A stretch of DNA of 64,000 bases from Asterias rubens (taxonomy: Eukaryota): the NCBI RefSeq assembly GCF_902459465.1, contig NC_047075.1, positions 12,896,001-12,960,000 of the forward strand. The letters are read 5' to 3'. The translations under genes and the position numbers were made by a program. The notes beneath the pieces are model-generated. The model did not search any database. It saw only the letters and a list, made by a program, of their open reading frames with translations, and had not been told where the DNA came from. This document shows, one piece after another, positions 11,421 to 23,701 of this stretch. Numbering within the stretch: position 1 is the first letter of the stretch; every line of letters starts with the position of its first letter.

Positions 11421-14400
11421 CTTTAAAACTCTTGATCACTTCAGCATAATTTTTGTATCAGATTGGAGAACAGCAACCCCTCTTAAACTTTTGCACAGAG
11501 ATAACAACATTATAATCTGATGCATCTAGTCAAAACTAAAAAATGAAGCGCACCGTCCTACTCGTACCCCCCCCCCACCACTTTCATTGAACACGCATTG
11601 TACACATAACGTGTAAGAGCTTTCGCATCCATCGGTGTTACAACATATATTGCACCTCATCGGATAATCCATACACGCTAAATCTACAATGCACGTGAGA
11701 CTCCACATTTGTATACACTGTACATGTACTGTAGGTATTAATCTTGGCCCAAGACGCCAACGATCGATTGTCGCGCCCTATTATGGCTTGAATTAACCAA
11801 CTTGATTAGAACAAATGAGAGCTAGTAACACAATACGACCTCCGCTAAGTGTGAATAGCGCCCCCAAGCATGGAATTGGAACAACCACGTGTAGCGTACA
11901 TTGAAGAGAACACTTTAATGGTAGTCTATTCATGTAGTTCATGTAGCAGCCACTTCGTAAGGGAGTTTCAACCTTTCAGAAAGACCAAATAACTTCCAAT
12001 CAAACCTCAACAAATTGTTATTAAAATGAAATCCTGATTGTTCTAGAAGACAGCTCATACTGTAAACATCTTTTTGTAGCTATTGCTATTTATTTATTGA
12101 TAGTTGCTTCTATCAATCAAGTTTATTTAATTAAAATGCATCAAAAGAAAAACACATACAAATGACAATAGTTTTAGATTGGTTGATTCTTGGACCTTTA
12201 ATACAATCGTTTATGTCATTACATGATACAAGCAATTTAGTAAAGTATACCAAGCTTAATAATTCAGAAGACATTATTATCTGTAAAACAAATTGCTCTT
12301 TTTTATTTTGTTAATGTGTGAACGGTTGATTCTTTGAATCTTATAACACAATCTTTTCTACTAAAGTAAAAACAATGGTGCAAGTTAGTATGATACACGT
12401 TACCCATTAAACCTAACCTTTTTTTATTTTTCAAATTTGGTAACTTATACTCTGCTATTTTTTTGTGCCAATTCTAGGGAAGTAAAAGTTCACATGTTAA
12501 TTGTATGACATTTTAAATTGTGTTTGTTTGATACTTTGAAAACCACAAATAAGGAAGTTGGCTCATAATGTTCAGTTTAAACTGCTAGGCATTATGACTG
12601 TAGTTTGAGACACGATTTGACTATTACAGGCAAGTAAAAATTGATGCCATTATTATTCAGCTGTGTCCAATACTTATTATATAAATCTTATAAATTCGAA
12701 GTCCAACAAAGTCAAGAAAACACTCATAAAACTCATAATCCATATATATATTTTGTTTTAAATAGTCGGCCTATACATCTACACTAATAAAGTTACATTT
12801 ACAGTCAGCCGTTTCTTGCATATACTATACATCACTGAAAATGTTTGGTTTATTGCTATATGTAAACTATCAACCTGTTATGTAGTAATATAACAAAGCT
12901 ATCAATTCATAGCTAGATAACCAGCACTATTATAGTTGACAAGATTCAGGCGTGATATTAAGCCCAGTAGTAAAGATAAAAGGGAAATGTTAACTACAAG
13001 GTCTGACCTATGTACATGTAATTTATAAAGTTTTCAAAGACATTTCTGAATATTAAATAGACTTTCTAAGGGTTTTGCTTATTTTACGAGGACAAACAAA
13101 TGAGAATAGCCCATATTAGATTTGTAATATTGATGTTAGATTTCTAAAACAAAGAATAGTATGCATGTAATTTTTGATTTTAGTTTTGTTTCAGATGCAA
13201 AGCTATATTGACCTCAGCCGGTATTATGTGATAATCATTTCTTCCTTTGAAATTATACATACACAGTACATCATTAAACTCCACTAACTATTGCTTGATG
13301 ACTATGCAATGTTCCATCTGTAATTTCTACACACATACCTGCGTTTAAGCTATATCTAGCATCCACTCTGGAGCTATTGATTGGCTACTATAGCAGTTCA
13401 GTATTTGGTTGAAAGTTTGTAATGTTCATTTTAAACTCCACACAAGAGTAGCTAGTGTTGGTCAATGAATTATAGTGAGAGGCTAATCCAGTTCTAGGAG
13501 TAATCCACCCGATACTGATAATCCACCCCAGGAGCTGGTTGTTGGCGACTATTGAAGTTTAACCTATTCCTGTTAACCAAAGAGAAAAAAAAGTCAATGA
13601 AAGTTTGAGTACTGTTATTGGTGTTTTAGATAATGGTCTGAAAGCTTAAGTCTACACATTTTTACACAAAACAGATTATTTACAGTACATGCAAATGTTC
13701 TAAACATACTGCATATTACATTAGTTTCAAGTGAGCATGGTTAGTGTAGCATTGTAAGATATGTAAATGTGAATAACCTACAAAGATTATACTGCTGACA
13801 ATTGGAATGAGTTTTTGCTTTGATTTAATTTCAACTCTTAATTCCATATAAGGTCTTAAATACTCCTGTATTCAGTGAAGAAACACAAATATGATGTCAA
13901 TGAATGCACTTCATTCAACCACTGACTCTAAACAATTCAATATGTACTTCTTAACACACTGGGTAAAGACAATGCCAATAGAAAATGTATACACAAAATT
14001 AAAAGGCTACAAATTTTAACAGGCCTTACAATCTGTGTGTTGGACAAGGCTTGACCCAACTTGACAAACCTTTTAACACAACTGCGTTTCAATCTGAAAT
14101 TGAATTTTGTACAATGTTTTATTCATGTTCAAACCAATCTTTCTCAGAGGCTGTGTGGTTTAGGGGCTCTTAATACTATGTAAAACATTACATACAGTAT
14201 GCAGCTAAAAGTCTCTAATTGTTGATCATGCAGTATGAAAGCCTAGCTGTCTGGTAACTGGTGTCAATACCAACTCTGGTGTTTCCAATCACTAGAAAGT
14301 GAGTTTGATTTCCAGTCTTGAAACTTGTGTCTTTAAAGCAAAACAATTAACAGTTATTGCTTTGTTCTTGGAATCCAAAAAAAAGATAAAGGCTCTGTTG

Positions 14401-15089
14401 TTAAGTAATGTGTGAAATAAATCAGTTACACTTACCATTAAGAGAAGGGAGATTGATCTGGTGTGTCTGATATTGGTAGAAAATTGCGCCACATTACATT
14501 GTAATCCCTCACAAGATGTACTAGGTGCTGCAATTTCAAAAACAAAAACATGCTAAATTGTCATAAAATTAATAACAATAAGCTCTTTGAGATTGCTACA
14601 GATGAAACACTTTAAAAAGCACTAATATTTATCAAATCACAGAGGACTTAAACTGTAGCTTTACGAAAAAACCTAATTGAAACAAGACAGCTTTTAGCAA
14701 TAATGGGAACAATTTCCAAGCCACATGTATGCTAGTAACAAAAACATGGTTTAGATATAAGTCTGTCGCATGTACTGTTACAAAACGGAACACATGTAAT
14801 GGAATATCAGATACACAATTATGAGAGCTTAACAGTATGGAATGACCAAGTTGGTGGCTGGTCACTGTTCAAGCGAATTTTAAGTGCAACCACCAACAAA
14901 GGCAATTACAAGCAATGAACATCTTGTACTCTTACTGTTAGTAATAATCCAAGGCATTAGTCAGTCACTGGAACTACGGAGTGGTGCCAATGCACATTGA
15001 TTTAAGAATAGTATCTGCTGTGACTAGACTCAAGGTGTAAGCCTCTACCACAGTATCCACAGGCTTTGTGCTTTCCTCTGGATTCAGCT

Positions 15090-15680
15090 GTCTTGAGCCA
15101 GCAGCATCAGGTCTTCCTCAAACTAATAGAGTCTCCTCTGCATCTCCTGCTAAGCTTTAAGGTGCATCTACATGTATCTGCAGCGACAGCTTCCCAAATG
15201 CTTATAAACTAACAACTAGTGCATTGAAATCACACTTGTACAGATGTATGTGTCTTTGTAGTGCAAGTGGTTCTTCCAATTGGTATCTCCTGATGACAGC
15301 TCTCCATAGAGAAGGTCTTTTGGAATGCAGCCATCCTCCAATCTGGTGACACAACTTGACCAACACACGCATCCCTGCTTAAGGGAATGAATACATGGTG
15401 GTGATTACCCATTCTCGCGGGTAGTACATGTATGTTGTTGGTTACGTAGTATTTTCAGGAGATGTTGAGGATACGCCTCAGGCAACATATTTACGAAAAG
15501 AGTTCAGCCATTTTTCTTTTGGGAGCAGACAGTCCAGGATATACTACTGGAGCGTATTCACCACCAAGTCTTTTCATCCTTTTGTTGGACCAGATTATCT
15601 TTGAAAGTCTGGAAGGTAGTAGCAGCCTGTCCAATACATTTGTTTAGGGTCTGTCTCAAGACATAGACAGTCAGTAATCA
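15090..15680 (-). pseudogene. Degenerate RTE-clade LINE 3' fragment (RT C-terminal region)
   Basis: Minus-strand translation across frameshifts gives LEDGCIPKDLLYGELSSG..HYKD and WEAVAAD, matching the RTE RIPKDLLYGEL...RYKD...WE..AADR signature. Several stops. Confidence 0.6.
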
Positions 15681-17941
15681 TGCTGCCTTAATATAAAAAT
15701 TCATGACCGTCTTTAAACTCATGGTTGCCGATGGTGTTAGATGTTGCTAAAACACAGTACTAGTTTCCACTCTTTTTTAACTTTTCATTTAACATACTGT
15801 CTGTGTGTTCATAGAGCTGGTAAATAAAGCTAACAAAGCTACATGTAGCTTGATTTCACACTGTTTGTGGTCTTCTCTATCAAATTGAAACCTCTTGTAA
15901 ACATGAATTAATTATCAATGATTTTCTATATGTCTCAAACAATGTAGGATTAACCAATTTGCTTTGGAGGATACAATAAAGCACAAATCTCTTATACAAT
16001 ATATACTGGCAATCAATTTCCTGTGTATGTTTGTTGTTAATCATGCTAAGATACCACTGTTGGTTGCACATACCCAGGCACCTGTTTCACAGAGTCCTTG
16101 TGGTCATGTTTTGGTAGCCCTGGTCAAAAGGCACTGCAAACAATGAGGTATTAACCTTACATTACATTTTCAAACATTTATTTCAATGTTGCCATAAAAA
16201 CAACTTTTTGACATGTTCCTTTCACACACTCTCCAATATTTTATTAAGAATTATTTTTGAACTACTGCATTCTAAAGGCTTTTTATCCCACAGGATGCTG
16301 TTTGTTAAACCTGGTGTGTGAGTCAATTATCGGCCATTACATTTAATGGCTTTCCAACAATGTCATTTTGCTTCGGAAACACAACCTAATATTAAAAAAA
16401 TATTAACAGTTATAATTTACAAATGTCAATGAGAAAAAAACATCTTTAAACGGGTGTCCAAATGAAGTATCCTTGACAATATAATTATTAGTTGTAAGGG
16501 AAATAATAGGTTGCTTTTTACTGATGAAAATCATGCAATCATATTGCACAGGTATGGCAAGAGGTTTTTTCCCCGAAGTGCTTTGGTTAATATACATTTT
16601 CCCCAAAGTGCTTTGGTTAATATACATGTACATGTATTATCAGTTATCATTCCAACAGTCTGTACCTGTGATACCATACTTTACCACCATATTGTACTAC
16701 GTCAATCAAACTTCTATTTATAAATGTACATTTCTGTATCACATAGTTTAGTATGTGGTATACTCATCTACTGTTTACTGTTAAAAAGATACTATTTGAA
16801 CATTTACAAGTCTTACATTAGTTATAAATCCAGCACAAAACAGTAAAATATTTAATTAAGAAATAAATATAGGAGTTAAGACAACACCAACAAATAATTA
16901 TTGAAAGAAGAAAAAAAGTGCAGTACAACATAGAGACAAATGGCAAGATTGAAACACCTCAGATCAGAGCCTGAACCCCATTCCCCCTCCCTCCCCCCAA
17001 CACCATCAATGGAAATACAAACAACTAAAAACATTAATAACTATTTGGTGTAATTGATAAAATTACAATGGGAAATTACCTCCTAGATCCCAAATGTTAC
17101 ACTCCCGCTGCTCATTCGCCAACCCCCCCCCCTCCAGCTTCATGAGGAAAATAATCAACTAAAATCATTCACAACTCTAACAGAAAACTAACTGAAGGAA
17201 TTTACATGTAGATGTTTTCTTAGTTATTTCTGACATTTAATGTTTTCTTAGTTTTTCAGATTTTAAGGTTTTAAATATTTTTTTCTAAGGTTTATGTTTA
17301 CTTATTTTATCTTCTGATTTTAATGTTTTCTTTTGCTTTTTTATCGTAGTGGGTTTGTAAAAAAGAGCACTTATTTTAATGTTTTCTTAGTTTTTGCTCT
17401 TATTTTAAAGTTTTCTTAGTTTTGTAACTTGTTATAATGTTGTCTTTATGTTTGTCTCTCAGATTGTTTTGTTCATTTTTGTCTAGTGTAAATGTTTTCT
17501 TACTTATTCTGTTGTCCCTCCTTGTAAGATTTATTTAATAGGTCATAAATTATTTCAATGCTTTTGTTTCAAATTAGAGGTATAACAAACAAATCAAGAT
17601 TAGAGGTATAACAAACAAATCAAGATTTTAGTCTTGCACTAATAATTCTAACATCTAATGTCGCACTTTCCTTGTAAAAGTGTCCTGCATTTTTCTGATG
17701 CTCATAGTTCAAATATTTATGAATCATTAACTATTTTGATTGCAACAAAATTATCCTTCTTAATTTGTTTAAAAATTGTTTTACCAAACATTTGTTTTAG
17801 CAGTCCAGTTACATGTATAAGCAATCATTCTGATACTTTTGCACTGCAAAGTATATCAAAACCATACAAAAAGTTCCAAGTTTAGTTTGCACATACTAAA
17901 GTACTACACATGTCATATAAACCTGTTCTGAATATTCTGCA

Positions 17942-20900
17942 TTACAATGTCTTAAACTCAACTTTTATAGCTTCATGATAACTATAGTATGTTGGCCTAA
18001 CTGTAGCTACAATGCTGTCTATACCTCTGACATACACATGATCAATTAATGTGGCATTCTCTGTTGTTGCATCTGTTACATATTGCTTGTATCCATGCTC
18101 TATCATTAATTTCTCAATATGTGAATGATCATTATAAATATTTTCATTAAAATCTCCCATCACTATACATCTATTACTCATCTTGTTGATTTCATCAATT
18201 AATTTGTTTACATTCTCAATGAAATATTGCATTTTATAAGTGGGGGGTCGGTAGATGACAGCCACTATCACTGAAATATCAGATATTATATGAAACGCAA
18301 TGTACTCTAGATTCTGAACTGCAACATTCAAACGACTGAAGTTTTTATCTCTTTTGCCATACACTGCAACTCCTCCATGACTTTGCTGCTGTAGTGTCTT
18401 CATCTGATCATTGTATGACAAAGCTCTAATTTGGTGGTAACATTTGAAATCATCTAAACTGACATTTATAATTTGATCAGCATCTATCCATGTTTCTGTA
18501 AGGCAGATAAAATCTGAATCCATCATTTCTTTTTGACATTTCAAATCTTTATAATGAGGTAATAATCCCTGAATATTATGCAGTATTATTTCTGTTGTAT
18601 CTTTCTGAGTGTTGTTTTCATCATTCACATATTCCTCAATTCCTCTCACTGCAGGCATTATCTTTAGAGCTTCTGCTACCGATTTATCACAGTATATCAA
18701 CTTCTCATCAAAACCTTCAATAACAAGACCCTTTAATGATGTCACACGACTCAAACTCACATATGCTTGACCTGCTGAAAATGTTCGTTCAAGACACACT
18801 ACAGCTTTATTTGTTGTCATACCTTGTACTTTATGTGCAGTACACGCCCAAGCTAGTTTTAATGGAAATTGTTTACGGATACACGACTTCCTAATATGTT
18901 CTTCTTGTATCTCAATAGCAACATTAGTATTTACATCAGATGAGGTTGATTGTCTTCTTAATTTAGAACCAACATTCTTATTATCAAATGTTACATTGAT
19001 ATACTTTGGCCCAGATTGATCTGGTAGCATCTCTATTCCATTTACAACTGCAAATGCTCCATTCACAAGTCCATCAGATACATCTATATTTTTAGTCAGC
19101 ATAACTCTAGCACCAATGCCTAATAATAATGACTGACATAAAGAATTTGATCTTACTGATTTCAAAGGTGTGTCTCTCAGTTTCATATTTCCAGCTGCAT
19201 CTTTCTGATAATCTTTAGCTTCAATCAATATACATTCTGTACAAGTTTTATGAATTCTTTGTAGATTATATTTATCAACTTGTTTATTTGTTGGATAGAT
19301 GTGTAAAGCATCTTCAATATCCTCTCCAGTTTCACAACTACTGAGTACAGCTTTATCTTCTGCTGTTAAAGTGTCCTTCTTTGTTTTAACCCTCAATTTA
19401 TTTAACACTTCAGTAAAAGCTACGTCATTCTTTTGTCTCATTATTTCTATTAACTCAATTTTCCTAAAATTTGCATGCCACAAATTGGATTCTATTGTAT
19501 TGTGATGCAATGATTTTCCTTTAACCGGAGGTAGCTGATAAAAATCACCAACAGCAATTACACTCACATCACCAAAGGCACATTGACTTCTAGTTTGCTT
19601 AATCTGTCTTAATCTTCCATGAATATAGCACAGCATCTTTTGATCAACCATAGAAACCTCATCAATAATTACAATTTGAAGCTGGTTCAATTTGTTGCGC
19701 AAAGTGCTGATTTTTTCTTCACCAAGTGGTTTATATGGTAGTGACATATCAGTACCAATGCTGAGAGCAGAATGTATTGTAAGGCCATTGATATTAAATG
19801 CTGCGACACCAGTTGGGGCTGTTAAGATTACAGATACATCATCAGGATTATGACTCATTCTACCAAGTAAACGTACAGCTTCATTATATATACATTTAAT
19901 TAAGTGAGATTTGCCTGTACCAGCTCCTCCAGTTATGAACATATGAAATGGTTCAGGATTCTTTCCATTGACTTTATCAAGACACCATTGTCTAATTTTA
20001 TAGAATATTTGACTCTGTTTGGCATTTAATAACCTCATCAAAGTTTGCGCTTCATGTCTTTGGATTTTGGCTTTATTGTATTCAATACAATAATTTCTGT
20101 CTTCTTTTTTATTGGATTGTAAATCAGGAATACCACACTCATCTACTTTGTCTTCTACATTTTGATTCATTTCATCTATACATTCTTGTCTTTCTGCTTC
20201 AGTCTCTGGACAAATCATTGCCCATGCATCTTCCTGAGGACCAAACTTTGCCAAGTATTCTTCAGCTACATCTACTGCATCACTGTCTGCTTCAAACTTC
20301 TTACGATTACTATCCACAACAAACTTCACAGATACTATATTACACTGATCAAATTTTACACTTCCATTTTGATAAAAATCTGTGAAAGTTTCAAAGGGTG
20401 CAGGTTTCAAATGCTTATCAACACGATGTGGCAGGAACAGTTGTAGGATGCTATGGTAGTATTTCTCTGGACTCTTTATTGCATTAAATCTTGGATACTT
20501 TATAACTGCACCATCAGTTCTAGTACGCTTCTGTATATATCCTAAACTGTTCTGTAATTGATGAACATGTTCATATGTTTTTCCACTGTGGACCTTTAAT
20601 GCTTCTGTACTTGACAATATTCTGTACTCAGAGAAAAATGTAGCGAGACACATTACAGCAAATTCATGTGTTTTAGGTCTGGCTTTATATCTATCTAATT
20701 TACAAATCATCCATACGTTATCATCATCACCATTTGATTTGTTCTGAATCAATCTGAGTGGTAAACTCATTCTAACAAGGTTCTCTCCTAATGGTATAAA
20801 TTCAACTTTCCTTGATCCTTCTTTCAACCTCAAGTTGCACACTCGAAAACATGCCTCTTGTGCTGAAACTTCTCTATTTTGTAAATACACTTGTCCTATA

Positions 20901-23701
20901 GTTTTCATGCTTTGCTTTGCATCACCATGCAGTCCTTCACTTTGAGCTTGACTGAGCAATAATCCCATCTCACGTTCTGCTTTTGAGATATAAGATGCAA
21001 CATATGCTACAGCCCCATAAACATCAGTAATATATTGAATATCTAGATTCGCATTCCATGCTTTTGATAAGTCTGAATTATACTGGTTTACCCATACATC
21101 CTGAGGATTACGTTTCAATATGATACTGTCTTTCTTAGTCATAAGTTGATTTGCCTTCTCAAAGTCTCTTTGATTAATTTCGAGACTGTCAAACATTTCA
21201 TATACTGAATTATATGTCTTCTCTTTATTAAGTAGCGCTTCACGTACCAGTTTAAGCAGTTTCTTTGCCTTTTCAATATCACAAGGTCTATCACCATCTT
21301 CATTATTGATAATGTCATCATTACCCGAGACTTCATCATCTGTACATGTAGGTTCATGTCTTATCACAAATGTTCTCTCAGAAGGAGGTCTTGGGAAGTT
21401 AAAACTGCATTCAGTTCCTTTCTTCTTGCAACTTTTAGAATGTCTTCTACTATGCATTTGTACATTGGATATTATTTCATTCAACTCTTCATCATCTTCT
21501 TTAGCTGGTAATTTACAAGATACATATCTATCAATAAACTGAACAACCTTGTCATCATCATTGTCACTTAGTGTAGGAGCATCTTCAATCCAGAACAAAC
21601 AATGTGTATGAGGAGAACCTCTCATCTGAAACTCAACTCTGTAAAAGTAGTCTTTGACCTTTCCAATAGGATTAGCTTCTGACATGATCACCTCTTTCAA
21701 AAACATATAAAATCTTCTATCAAATATTCTGGCCACAGTGACAGGGTTACTCTTCAGTATCATACATTTATCATTCCAATCTAATTCCTCTATTGTCCTT
21801 GAATCTCCTTGTTGTTTCAGTATGGTGTTAATGACTTCAGGCCATCTCATATCAGCAGCAGAAAATGAACAGAACCATGTTGGTTTACCAAGTTGTCTAA
21901 TCATTGCTAATACATCTTTATGAGCTGATTGCCAATATGGTGGAGTTCCTCTTATTGGTTTTAAGAACTTGTAACCACTATCAGATTTCAAAATGTTTCT
22001 CAATTTGTCCTTATCATTCAGCATTGATGCAGTTAAACTCTGTCCAGCTTGTGTTTTGACATAACCTTTACGAAGAGCAATAGATACACAGTGTAGAACT
22101 TGTTCAATCTCAGACATGTACTGAGCATAGAAAATATAATCTGTATTTTTAGCAAATCTGTTGTCTACATTCATTAATCTATTATGCAGATATCTACAAA
22201 GTGTTATTCTGATATCCCGTTTGTCTTTGAATAACGGACTGCCATTGGGAAATAATGTTGGAAAGCATTTGGCTTCATTTCCTTCTTCCATTAAGACTCT
22301 TACAGGATTATTGCCTTCACACGGAGCTACACAAAATATACCATCAAAATATTGGTCTAAAATCTCTTGCCCGATGTCTAACGGTTCCATGCAACTATCA
22401 AGCTGTGCTCCACATAACCTTTCCTCATCAGTAATCTCTTCACTAATGTCATCTTCTGTTACATTTTCTGCCTGCTCATTTTCACTAATATCTTCAGTTG
22501 ACACTTCCGGTATAGGATTAACCCAATCATGTTCAATTACAATGTCCTTATACCATGTATTATTCTCCTTTAAATAATGCAAAGCTTCTTCAACATGTTG
22601 TTTATTCACATATTTATATTCATAATAACCTTTGTATGACAATTTGCGCTTTAACTTGATTTTTATTAGTTCATTTTCTCCACTTCTTGGTAATGACTGT
22701 ACAGATCTTTCAACATTTGCTGGTACACAAACACAAGGTCCCACTATTCCATTCTGACCACCTTTAGGAAGATTAACAATTTTCATAAATGCTATATTTC
22801 TAGCTATTAGATGCTGCTCTAATGTATTAAGTCTTTGTAATTCTTCAGGAATTTCTGTCAGCGATAAGTTGTTAAGATTTGCCTCTTCTGGTATTCTGTT
22901 TTTAATCAACTTTCTATGACAAGTGTAACAAATCCACAAACAAGATCTTACTTCTGACATGTCACATGTTTTTGCATTACATTCTTCATTACATTGATGC
23001 AGGTATTTTTCTGTTATGTATCCTGAAAGTTTGTATTTATTCTTGTTACATTTGACCACTTGGTTTTTGAAGAGCAATTTGCAACAAACAGCACAAATAT
23101 AACCTGGCCCATGCCTCATTTTGTCTTTAAAATCATTGATTACATTACATGCTTTTTGTCTGTTTTCCTTCTTTAAAACTCTTTGTTGTGAAGTGTTGAT
23201 GATTGTTTTCTGTTTATATAACACATTTTCATGATAATTCCTTTTAATGTTGTTAATCACCTTATGTTTATAATGTGCATCTTGATATTTCCTTTTTATA
23301 CTTTCAATTAATGATTTCTTATACTTAGAATTGAGACGATATTTCGTTTTAATTCCCAATTTTTTTTTCATCCTATAACATGCATTAGTGTTATACCTTG
23401 TCTTGTCTGCAACTGTTTTGCCCATCTTATAACTACTATTTTCATTGTACTTGATTCGTTTGGCATCTTTGATTTTGTCTTTAGTCTTGTCGTACGCCAT
23501 TCTACTTGCCTTTACCTTTCCTTCTCTACATATTAAATTTTCATTATACTTTGTTTTTTCTGTAGCAATTTTCCTCAGCTTGAAATCAACATTACAACGG
23601 TACCTCATTTGATCCAGTGTATTCCCTGATTGCATTTTCCTGTCATCTATACTGCCTGAATATTTGTGAACAACTGTCTTTTTTTTTCTTCTTTTTTTCA
23701 T
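17942..23701 (-). CDS. Helitron/Helentron RepHel: HUH Rep + PIF1-family helicase + C-terminal AP (EEP) endonuclease
   Basis: Rep motifs PTWFCSFSAAD, VEFQMRGSPHTH (~21600-21635) and YVASYISK (~20981-21004). Helicase GGAGTGKS (~19910-19935), IIDEVSM, GDFYQLPPV, HKVQGMT, YVSLSR. Endonuclease HNIQGL, LTETW, IYRPP, GDFN, LIDHVY, SYH. Confidence 0.95.
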   Translation of the reverse strand: MKKRRKKKTVVHKYSGSIDDRKMQSGNTLDQMRYRCNVDFKLRKIATEKTKYNENLICREGKVKASRMAYDKTKDKIKDAKRIKYNENSSYKMGKTVADKTRYNTNACYRMKKKLGIKTKYRLNSKYKKSLIESIKRKYQDAHYKHKVINNIKRNYHENVLYKQKTIINTSQQRVLKKENRQKACNVINDFKDKMRHGPGYICAVCCKLLFKNQVVKCNKNKYKLSGYITEKYLHQCNEECNAKTCDMSEVRSCLWICYTCHRKLIKNRIPEEANLNNLSLTEIPEELQRLNTLEQHLIARNIAFMKIVNLPKGGQNGIVGPCVCVPANVERSVQSLPRSGENELIKIKLKRKLSYKGYYEYKYVNKQHVEEALHYLKENNTWYKDIVIEHDWVNPIPEVSTEDISENEQAENVTEDDISEEITDEERLCGAQLDSCMEPLDIGQEILDQYFDGIFCVAPCEGNNPVRVLMEEGNEAKCFPTLFPNGSPLFKDKRDIRITLCRYLHNRLMNVDNRFAKNTDYIFYAQYMSEIEQVLHCVSIALRKGYVKTQAGQSLTASMLNDKDKLRNILKSDSGYKFLKPIRGTPPYWQSAHKDVLAMIRQLGKPTWFCSFSAADMRWPEVINTILKQQGDSRTIEELDWNDKCMILKSNPVTVARIFDRRFYMFLKEVIMSEANPIGKVKDYFYRVEFQMRGSPHTHCLFWIEDAPTLSDNDDDKVVQFIDRYVSCKLPAKEDDEELNEIISNVQMHSRRHSKSCKKKGTECSFNFPRPPSERTFVIRHEPTCTDDEVSGNDDIINNEDGDRPCDIEKAKKLLKLVREALLNKEKTYNSVYEMFDSLEINQRDFEKANQLMTKKDSIILKRNPQDVWVNQYNSDLSKAWNANLDIQYITDVYGAVAYVASYISKAEREMGLLLSQAQSEGLHGDAKQSMKTIGQVYLQNREVSAQEACFRVCNLRLKEGSRKVEFIPLGENLVRMSLPLRLIQNKSNGDDDNVWMICKLDRYKARPKTHEFAVMCLATFFSEYRILSSTEALKVHSGKTYEHVHQLQNSLGYIQKRTRTDGAVIKYPRFNAIKSPEKYYHSILQLFLPHRVDKHLKPAPFETFTDFYQNGSVKFDQCNIVSVKFVVDSNRKKFEADSDAVDVAEEYLAKFGPQEDAWAMICPETEAERQECIDEMNQNVEDKVDECGIPDLQSNKKEDRNYCIEYNKAKIQRHEAQTLMRLLNAKQSQIFYKIRQWCLDKVNGKNPEPFHMFITGGAGTGKSHLIKCIYNEAVRLLGRMSHNPDDVSVILTAPTGVAAFNINGLTIHSALSIGTDMSLPYKPLGEEKISTLRNKLNQLQIVIIDEVSMVDQKMLCYIHGRLRQIKQTRSQCAFGDVSVIAVGDFYQLPPVKGKSLHHNTIESNLWHANFRKIELIEIMRQKNDVAFTEVLNKLRVKTKKDTLTAEDKAVLSSCETGEDIEDALHIYPTNKQVDKYNLQRIHKTCTECILIEAKDYQKDAAGNMKLRDTPLKSVRSNSLCQSLLLGIGARVMLTKNIDVSDGLVNGAFAVVNGIEMLPDQSGPKYINVTFDNKNVGSKLRRQSTSSDVNTNVAIEIQEEHIRKSCIRKQFPLKLAWACTAHKVQGMTTNKAVVCLERTFSAGQAYVSLSRVTSLKGLVIEGFDEKLIYCDKSVAEALKIMPAVRGIEEYVNDENNTQKDTTEIILHNIQGLLPHYKDLKCQKEMMDSDFICLTETWIDADQIINVSLDDFKCYHQIRALSYNDQMKTLQQQSHGGVAVYGKRDKNFSRLNVAVQNLEYIAFHIISDISVIVAVIYRPPTYKMQYFIENVNKLIDEINKMSNRCIVMGDFNENIYNDHSHIEKLMIEHGYKQYVTDATTENATLIDHVYVRGIDSIVATVRPTYYSYHEAIKVEFKTL

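Noticed and set aside
11522-11560. 3' CTAG end of the minus-strand Helitron
   Set aside because: It lacks the preceding hairpin and the A|T target context.
11900-14800. Hidden gene in the long AT-rich stretch
   Set aside because: No convincing ORFs, exon chains or repeat structure were visible.
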